From Octopus vulgaris (Eukaryota): a stretch of DNA of 64,000 bases. Location: positions 39,432,001-39,496,000 of the forward strand of contig OX597825.1 in NCBI GenBank assembly GCA_951406725.2. Direction: 5' to 3'. Shown piece by piece: positions 55,261-64,000 of the stretch (positions within the stretch are counted from its first letter, which is position 1; the number at the start of each line of letters is the position of its first letter). The position numbers were made by a program, and so were the translations under genes. The notes under the pieces are model-generated. The model ran no database searches. It saw nothing but the letters and a program-made list of their open reading frames with translations, and was not told where the DNA came from.

Positions 55261-55924
55261 TGTCAGTGATAAATGAATAAAAAGACTAGATTTCGCTGGC
55301 CGTATTACATTTTCACTAAAGAACAACGATTGTACCCGCCTTACGCTTGTTAATCATTTTCTTAACTCCTGTAGTAAATCCATTAGAATTCTTTGCTTTT
55401 ACTCAGTATATTATCTGTTTAAAATGTGAAGAAATATATTGTTTTCCCTAACTATCAATTTCTTTACAATTCCAAATACAAATACATTTCTGTTTATGTT
55501 ATAAATTAATCATACCAGTTGTCTGTGCCATGAAATATAAATCAAATTGTATCCACCCTCATCAAAATAACCTTAATTATATTTGAATGGAATGACACAA
55601 AATTCTTACATATCTTTATTAAATTAAGATGTTTCCAATGCGTAACAATATCCGAAGGTGAAATATCGTAATGAATAAATTAATTTTATTCTTACATGGG
55701 AATTGTACATTACATCTAATTAATTGTTACATATTTGTTAAGATATTTTTTATAAATGCAAATTCTTCCAAACTTAATTATAATAACATCGAACGTATGT
55801 TACGAGTTGGTGAACGTTATTTCAGTAGCGGACGTCATTTGTCTGCAGTCATGAAGAAGCACCGTTTTGGATAATTTAGTCAAACAAATCGCCTCAAATA
55901 CCTACTTTCTTTAAAGCCTGCTAC

Positions 55925-57103
55925 TTATTCTATGAGCCTCTTTTGCTGAATTGCTATGTTACCTAAATACATCACAACAGTTACCAACTGGTGATGGGGG
56001 ACAAACATGGAGAAAAAAATACACAAGCACACACGCATACACATACACTCACAAACGCACACACACTAACAAACACATACGCTGTCTGATCAATAAGTAT
56101 CCAGACTCTTGCCAGAGTAACGAAGTTAAAGCACACTGAGTAAAGCCGCTTGGAACAGATTGACCTGAAACTTTACTGTACATGCAAACTATGGTTTAAC
56201 GTTCTAGCTCACTTCCGTTGTTTACAGCAGTACTTGGAATGAACATGTATAATACGTGCACATCGCATTAAACATGCATCTGAATCAGATTTTGTCAAAA
56301 GCTTGGCGATACCTGCTGAATGGCCTACGCAAATTTGCATAAACTATATGGAGAAGAATGTATGACCCGACTAAATGTCGATAGTGACGAAAGTTCTGGG
56401 AGACTTGCAACCAACAGAACAGCAAAAAACATCGCAGATGTGCGTGCTGGCATGACGGGAAATCACCACCCGTGAGTTATCAGAGGATGTGCAGTTTAGT
56501 TATGGTTCAGTTCAGTCCATTATCACTAGATATTTGGTTATGAGACGTGTGTCTACCAAGTTTGTTCCACAGCTGCTTTCAGCTAACAACGCGCCTCTTC
56601 ATTCAGCGCAGCTTGTGCAGAAGGTTTTGACTAGGCACAACATTCTTCAGGTCCGACAGCCAACGTATTCTTCAGCTCTCGCTCCTTGCAACTCCTTCGT
56701 CTTTCAAAAAATCATATCCCTCTTCAAAGGAAGAAGATTTCAAAACGTTGAGCAAATCAAGATTAGGAATGCAAAGCGGCAGCTATTGATTATCTCAGAA
56801 AACAAGTTCCAGGAATGCTGGATTAAGTGTGTGGTTTCCGACGGGGACAATTTTGAAGGAGAGTAAATGCCAAATTGGTACGTGTTGTAGTTTTGGATTT
56901 ATAACACCAGTCCGGATACTTATTTATCAGATCTCGTATATACATGAGGGACTTTCAGTTTCCATCTGTCAGATCCACTCATATGGCTTTGGTCGGCCTG
57001 AGACTGTAGTAGGTGACATACTCTCTTTATGTCGCGCAGTGGACTAAACCTGGATCCATGTGGTTGGGAAGCAAATTTCTTACCACACAGCCAATCCTGC
57101 GCC
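55925..57103 (-). mobile_element. SINE family A copy split by a mariner insertion in its internal CA/TA tract
   Basis: Head 56945-57103 (ggcgcaggattggctgtgtggtaagaaatttgcttcccaaccacatgg on the minus strand); tail 55925-56040 resembles 61180-61225 reverse-complemented. Confidence 0.75.
56080..56936 (+). mobile_element. Internally deleted mariner (857 bp) with both TIRs and TA TSD
   Basis: TA-cgctgtctgatcaataagtatccagact ... agtccggatacttatttatcagatctcg-TA. ORF 56489..56866 has KFVPQLL joined directly to NNAPLH, then PTYSSALAPCN and KGRRF. Confidence 0.93.
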
Positions 57104-58159
57104 CAAATATGTAATGACCTCTCCTTGGAGTTTTAACATCTTTGTGAGAATTATACAAAAATTATTTTTTTTGTTTTTAATCTGTACTAAACACATTGTA
57201 ATGTTTTAATTTTCATAGCAATTAAATACTAGTGTAAGTGAAGAAATTTCACACAGTACATTCTATACTTTTTAGAAGCAATTACATCATTTTCCGCAAA
57301 GTAACCGTTCTTTACTTTTTTATTTGTTCGTATGTATGAAATTATCCTACTTCTTTAAAACTTTCATATCAGGAGATTCATTGTGGCCACAAAACTGTAG
57401 AATATCCGATATATAAATGTAAAGAGTGCTTTCACTATGTTTGCATTGACAATTTGAAAGTTTTTCATCTTTCTAGAAGCGATGACATAATCATCGTTAT
57501 ATTTAAGTTGATATTGGCGTAATGCATCGCTTCTGTTTAAGTCTTTCCCTCATCAAAAGTATTTATTCGGCACACATTTTTATGTTTGCCGCTGTTGTCG
57601 CTTGATTTCATGTGCTTTCTCTGATGTAGCTTCATAAATATCATTACTACCTTAAAATAGTATATTTGACGTGAATACATTATATCATATTAGTTATTTA
57701 TACACGTTAATTTTTTTCCTTTATTTATCATGGAGTCTAAAAATGCCGTATCAAATGCTCTATCATCCCAATACACTACTTCATAGATATGTCCACTTTT
57801 CGACCCAATATCAATCGATATTGTGATATTGCATTGTATTTTTGATTGCCATTACTACTATTGAATATATTCATTCATTTGTTAAATGATGTTGCACAAA
57901 ATGTTTCAATGCAATATAAGTTCATACATTGAGATTCTATAAAACGCATCTTTAGTTATATATATTCTATAGATTCTACCTTTGTGATAACTCTAAAAAT
58001 GGTTTTCAAAGTTACAGCAAGCCTTATTCTTAGATACCGCAAACGTATTCTTTGGAATTCTGGATAGTAACCCTTATTTAGTACTTTGTAAGCCCCTAAA
58101 TAAATAGTGTAAACCTCAAGAAGTTGAGTATTTTGGCAACCCTTTATTATTAATCTTCT

Positions 58160-58390
58160 AAAAGGATGTGAGCTAGCAGAACAGTGACGGCATGGAATAA
58201 AATGTTTGGCATCATTTCTTCTGGCTTTACGTTCTGAGTTCAAATTCCGCCGAGGTTGACTTTGCTAGCTATAATTTCGGTGTCGACAAAATACTTATAT
58301 TTAGTTTCTAGACCAGTACTGGTGTCTACATAATTGACTACCCCTCTCCTCTCCAAACGTGCAGCTCTTATTCCTATATCATAAACGATA
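58160..58390 (+). mobile_element. SINE family B copy
   Basis: gagctagcagaa...ctttacgttctgagttcaaattccgccgaggttgactttgc. Confidence 0.8.
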
Positions 58391-60072
58391 ATTAAATTTG
58401 TAAATCGAGCATTTTTGTTGTACATCTGTATATCAGTCAAAGAAAATTAAAAAATTTTACGTAAAAATGTTTGAATATTCATCATAATTAACATTAATAC
58501 TTTGGTGTAAACATTGCAATAAGCAGTAACGTTAGTATAATTGTGTATTTGGGGAAAACAGGAATGTATTATTTCCATGCTGTTTAATTTTAAGTGTATA
58601 CAAGAATATCGCGTTTCCATTACGCAAAGTAATTATTATCAAGCTAAAGATGTGACAAATATGAACACCTTTATCATGCTAGAGACAGCAAATATATATT
58701 CTAAACACTCTCTCCTATCTTAATGAACACATTCAATAATCTCCTCAATAACACGCGATGATGGAATTAAAAATGATTTATCATCATGGCTGTAATGCCT
58801 TTCCTTAAAAGAATTACCGATTAAAATTGAACTGTCGGTAACAAAGACAACATTACCAACAATATATTACAGCTGAACAAAGAATAATTGACTAAATCTA
58901 AGGGAATATTGTGTTGGATCTCAACATTTTCACTCCAATAACGATCTTCCTTCAATATGAATTAATATATGTCTCGTATCAAACTAATGAACTATAGTGT
59001 ATAAAATATGCCAGGCGAAAACTGGGATATTATTACGCCCATTCAGCCGAAAGTAGGTGCTCTCAATAAGTTCATATAAAGTAAAGCTGCGTGAATGTTC
59101 CGTTTCTTATCACACAAATAGCCACTTAGATTTCCAATCATGCATAGCAGGGGCAACGTGCAGGTATCAGATCTACTAATCATAAAACTCATTTCCATAT
59201 GAATACTACGAGTAAACAACTTTAAAATATATTGAACATATCTTACAGAAAAAGCAATTAAGTCCCCTTCAGTGAATAGTTCCTTTGATGGAAATAAATT
59301 ATAACCAATTTAATTAGTTTTATATCGACTGGGTGATATTATAATAATTAAATGATTCTCGTTACTTCCAAGCTACTGACAGTTAGGCTGACATGATTTA
59401 ATATGACGGACTGATCTCATTAATATCAGTGGGTTTTGAAAGTCGCATAGAGTAATGATAAATATGAAAATGCGAAATAAAATCCGAATAATTTTGTCTA
59501 GGCTCGGAAAATGTTAAAAGTGAAATATTTAAAAGCTTTTCAAAAATATATTATTTAAGTTTCATTTTGTAACTTGGGAAATTCTATCTAATACGAAGGT
59601 CGGCAGAATAAATCGTAATTTCAGTGAATTTCACTAAATGAGGTTTTTTCAACATAGTCTTCCTTAAGCTCCACGCACTTTTTCAATGCTTCAATCCCAA
59701 TGGTTAAGACGAATTCATACCGTTGTTCAAAAAACTTATCAACTGCAAATGTGACGTCATCATGTCACGTTACTGGTTCATAGCCAAGACTTTTTTTATG
59801 TAGGGGAATATATGACAACGGGATGGGGAAAAATCAAACCACATTCAAGCACGGCAGCTATTAAAATGAAGAACTTGTGTGCTGGAACATTATCCCGATG
59901 AAACGAGACAACTTTTGACAGTGTTCCTGGGCGTTTCTTCTTGATAGACGACCGAAATTGTCTCAGCAAGTTGGCGTGATACTCTGCATTGATGGTGTGA
60001 TACTTTTGAAGAAAATCAATTAATACAATTCCTTTCGCATCTCAAAAAACTGAGACTATCTTCCCTGTACAT

Positions 60073-60253
60073 TATTTACATTTGACGGATATTTCTCCTC
60101 ATCTTGTTTGTTGTTAACACAACTTTTCGGCTGATATACCCTTCAGCCTTCATTATGTGTCTTGGGGAAATTTCGAACCTGAGTCCTAATTCCTAAGGTA
60201 TTTTTCGATGTTGCTGTTGTTGTTTATATTATTATTATTATTATTATTATTAA

Positions 60254-60319
<66 letters not shown>

Positions 60320-60523
60320 TACTACTATTCAGGTCACTGCTTGGAATTGAACTCGGAATCTTGGTGTTAGTAGCCCTCGCTCTTCCGGTTCGAAAGTTCC
60401 CCAAGACACCTGATGAAGGCTGAAGGGTATATCAGCCTAAACGTTGTGTTAACAACAAACAAGATGAGGAGAAATGTCCGTCAAATGCAAACAATGTACA
60501 TAATTCCTGTAGATTTACATAAA
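60073..60523 (-). mobile_element. Composite insertion: tRNA-like head + (TAA)n + hammerhead tail + inverted tail copy, bounded by an 11-bp direct repeat
   Basis: tccctgtacat at 60062-60072 and 60524-60534; 114-bp inverted arms 60066-60179 / 60387-60500; B-box GAGTTCAATTCC at 60343-60354 (-). Confidence 0.85.
60405..60450 (+). ncRNA. Minimal hammerhead motif with one core mutation; a mirror copy at ~60116-60161 (-) has different mutations
   Basis: GACAC-CTGATGA-A-GGCTGA-agggtata-TCAGCC-(T)AAAC-GTT-GTGTT. The minus copy has ATAATGA...TCAGCC-GAAAA-GTT-GTGTT. Confidence 0.72.
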
Positions 60524-61009
60524 TCCCTGTACATGAAACTGGCTTAGACTTTCTTTGTGCAATGTAAGGTGGCGCGTTATCACTGCATGAATTGTTTATT
60601 TGTGTCTCGATCAAGGTGACGAACCCGAAACTGACCCTGATTTAGGAAACTGGCATGATCCGGATCAAACAATGTCAGTTTTACCCGTGACACGAAGTTC
60701 TTGATGCACTTTTCATCTAATCTCAGAAGGCGAAGCAGCTACTCAGAAGAAACCTTTCACATGCCTAATTCATTATGTAGTGCTCTCCATCATAGGACCA
60801 ATATCGGCGCTGTAAAATGTCCTTTAATACTTCCACGTTGAGTGGATGACATTTTGAATTATTAATTTGTGTGCACGGTTTATTTGTTAGACGTTAAGAT
60901 TTTGAAATGCAAATGCAACTTTAATTAATATTCATAAAATACCATGGAACATTCCAGAGACATTGCAGAGCGGATGACCGCATATTCATAACATAAGTAT
61001 TTCAATATA

Positions 61010-61071
61010 ATCTCTGACTTACCAATCCCTTGTGAGTAGATTTGGTAGAAAGAAACTGAAAGAAGCCAGTC

Positions 61072-61142
<71 letters not shown>

Positions 61143-61410
61143 AGTGTTTGCGCGCTCGTGTGCGTGCGTGCGTGTGCATGTGTCTTTGTGTTTGTCTCCC
61201 ACCACCGCTTGACAAACGGTTTTGGTGAGTGTTGGCGTAGTAAAATCATTGAAATATCTGACATTAATTATGCATGCAGGAAATGTAACAGTATTATAGC
61301 GGTCCTGTCCATGGGACCGAAATGAAAAGGTACTAGGCATACAATAAGCCCTGGGTTTGATTTGTTCGACTAAAACCCTTCAAAGAGGTGCCTCAAAAAC
61401 AAGTGAAAGA
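61010..61410 (+). mobile_element. SINE family A copy with internal (TA)(GT) tract and a 58-bp foreign insert
   Basis: cttgtgagtagatttggtagaaagaaactgaaagaagcc...-microsatellite-tgtctttgtgtttgtctcccaccaccgcttgac...gatttgttcgactaaaaccctt. Confidence 0.8.
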
Positions 61411-63126
61411 TAGAAGCTATACATATCTGTCCATAATGTATAAAGTAAGTAAACTCTTGGACCATAAATATCAAACAAAAATCAGCTACCTCAATTAAAT
61501 GGCACCTCTACTACAAGATAGAGAGTTGTGATACTTGCGCAGCATGAAAATACGCAATTTCACGTTATAGACAATATAGAACCAAGAAGAGAATGAAATA
61601 TATTTTTATTTGTTTCATGCATTGATATTAACCGTATATTAGACACATGTGCATACAACTTTAAATAATGATTCGTAAAATGATGTGTAATTATTATTTT
61701 GACAATAAGTTTAACTATAAAATGACACATACTTCAAACACGGTTTTGTTGAATATGGAGCTGCAGTACAGCTACAAAGGCAAAAAGATATAACAAATTT
61801 CAAGGAAACGTCGGTTATAGGAGCTGCTATGGAACAAGTTAGGAAGTGTGTTGGCGTAGTAAAATCATTGAAATATCTGACATTAATTATGCATGCAGGA
61901 AATGTTCAAATGCAAGATGTAAAATTATGTTCCTCAATCTTCGGGTTAAAAATATACTATATTCGGTAATAAATCGAGATACTTATACAGACAATGATGT
62001 AAGAGCCTCCTATAATAGAAGTGACAATATAGAAACGTCCAAAGGAAGAACTATAATGGAACAAACGGAAACGAGAAAGAATAGATTTATTTTCTTTCTT
62101 CTGGGGATTTGAGATACTTCAAAATAAAAGTAAGAATGTTTTGAAATGCATATGGAGCTATGAATAAGTTGCCGTAACGTATCGGGTGAAGAAAAATAAA
62201 ATAAATGGGGGATTATGGTAGTAAGTAACATACGGGAGTCAAATCACGTGTCTATCGTAAGCGGAACCGTTGTGATACCACTGACATAAACAAATACACG
62301 CAAAGTTTCGGCCATACATGTTAAGATCATCTATTGCTTGATTCTGAACCACTGAGTAATTGTAAACTCATTCTTTTCGAAACGTTAAAATTCAAACGCG
62401 TCTTGAGAGAGAAAACGGACGATAATAATAATAATCATATGAATAATCGAACCAAGTATAATAATTCCCAAAAGGTACGGTAGTGTGAGACAAAATATTT
62501 TGCAGACATAAGTCTGTCTAAATTTTAAAAATTTACTATACTATTAAGTTTTTCTAAAATTATATTATTTCTTTTGAAACATTTGGACGAATGAAGTTAG
62601 TATTTTACTTAAAGGTAGACGAAATTGATCTCAAACACATATAGATGTTTAGCACTATTAGCTAAACAGCTATGTTTAATCTACTCAAAAAAGATCTCAA
62701 TAACTTGAAGCATCTGTCATAATTGCGCATTAGACTGTGGTGGTTCACCACGATACGGCGGAATTACGATCTGATGTATTATGTAATTCTGTTTATTTTC
62801 GTGAGGAAGTGGTATTTTTACTAGAGAAAGTGTGGTCAAATATATATAAATATTTTTGATGGCGGAATGGCTGTGGGAAAACATAAATATTATGTACTAC
62901 TATTATTCTATTTGCGAATCACCTCCGTAAAACACCCACACTGATGCATATTGATATATTACACTCCTTTCAAAATATTTGTTCATCTCCAAAGTGTATT
63001 GTATATTGTCCCTCTAGATGTGTTTCCAATGTAAAAACTAAATGGAAAGCATGTTCATATGTGACATTTCTAATTAAGCTAATTTGTCAAATCCGATAAC
63101 GAGAAAAAAGTATTCAACGTAAAAAA

Positions 63127-63752
63127 TATTAGCTTGACAGATAAAGTCAATCCTTTCTGCACAATGTCATTTGATTTAACACGAACGAGCATATGTTTGT
63201 CATAGTGTGTTATGGTTTTTGTTTATCATTCTTCTACAACTTTGCTTAATGTTTTTCAAATTCGAACTGTATAGTCCACTTTCTTCAGGCATATGACGAT
63301 CGAGTGTCAAGTACAAAAAGAATGCATTTACAGCATTTGCTTCTGTTCAGTTTCCATAGTTTAGAGGGCTGCGAAAACCGCTTAAAACATATGTACTATG
63401 TACGGAGAACTGGTTATTGCTGAAAGAACTGAGCAGTAAAGATTTTTCACGATTCCACGTGGGAAAACGCGACCTCACAAACTCACCGTGCTCCATCGGA
63501 CCTGTTCAATTAAACGAATGTCTTTATACATGATCTCACGAGAATACACGGCAAATCGCTGGGAAAATGTCCGAACTGTTGAGAAGCTCATATGTTACCG
63601 TCGTCCGTTACATTCATTTGATGGCTAGGATCCAAGAACTCGGTGCATGGCGCCCACAAGCTCTATCCAAATTCCACTGCTACAATACCATTATTTAGCT
63701 CACTTTTTACGATGTTATTCGGGAATACGGATATCTTTTTCCAACGATGTCA
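63127..63752 (+). mobile_element. Mariner N-terminal remnant
   Basis: AKTA*NICTMYGELVIAERTEQ*RFSRF..DLTNSP..HENTRQ...SYVTVVRYIHLMARIQELGAWRPQAL (from LGAWVPHAL). Ends are approximate. Confidence 0.75.
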
Positions 63753-64000
63753 TCAGTAATAAGAAATGGTACCGTTATATCAATAATAATCAGAGCACAG
63801 AATGTTCTAATATGCAAAGCAACATCTGGAATTATGCCAGAGTAGCATTCATACAGGACAAATATATAAAATTTTCCTTTTGTGGAACTGGGATGTGCTA
63901 CTTTATCATCAAATACATAGAAACAAAGTCATGATCACTGCAGATCTATACGACTATCAATCGTCAGAGAAACAATCAAACTGAAACGACTCAACGAGCA

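Larger units (their letters stand above)
59592..60900 (-). mobile_element. Decayed mariner interrupted by the 60073-60523 insertion
   Basis: LHNELGM*KVS, HLDRDTNKQFMQ, VSCTGK/SVF*DAKGIVLIDFLQK (contiguous across the insertion), HRDNVP and CVELKEDY; terminus ...gaccttcgTA. The 5' boundary is approximate. Confidence 0.78.

Overview
AT-rich, microsatellite-dense eukaryotic DNA with no host protein-coding gene that I can support. The SINE families resemble ones I recall from octopus/cephalopod genomes; that is an inference, not a database result. The window is a stack of transposable elements. (1) Three different minus-strand R4/Dong-like non-LTR retrotransposons with a restriction-like endonuclease (RLE), all abutting (TAA)n tracts. 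One is near full length and its reading frame is broken only within a 209-bp tandem duplication. (2) A ~550-bp non-coding element in three copies, also always at (TAA)n. (3) A 2.6-kb non-autonomous LTR element with TG..CA LTRs, a GATT target-site duplication (TSD) and a tRNA-Trp primer-binding site. (4) Five mariner remnants, three Penelope GIY-YIG remnants, CR1-like and L1/Tx1-like decayed LINEs, and many SINEs. The most unusual signals are: a TSD-bounded insertion made of a tRNA-like head, (TAA)n, a hammerhead-ribozyme tail and an inverted copy of that tail (a candidate Penelope-mobilised, ribozyme-bearing SINE); a second, intact-looking minimal hammerhead at 32.3 kb; and a series of (TA)n-associated palindromes of differing divergence, up to 1.49 kb long. 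All alignments and folds were done by eye.
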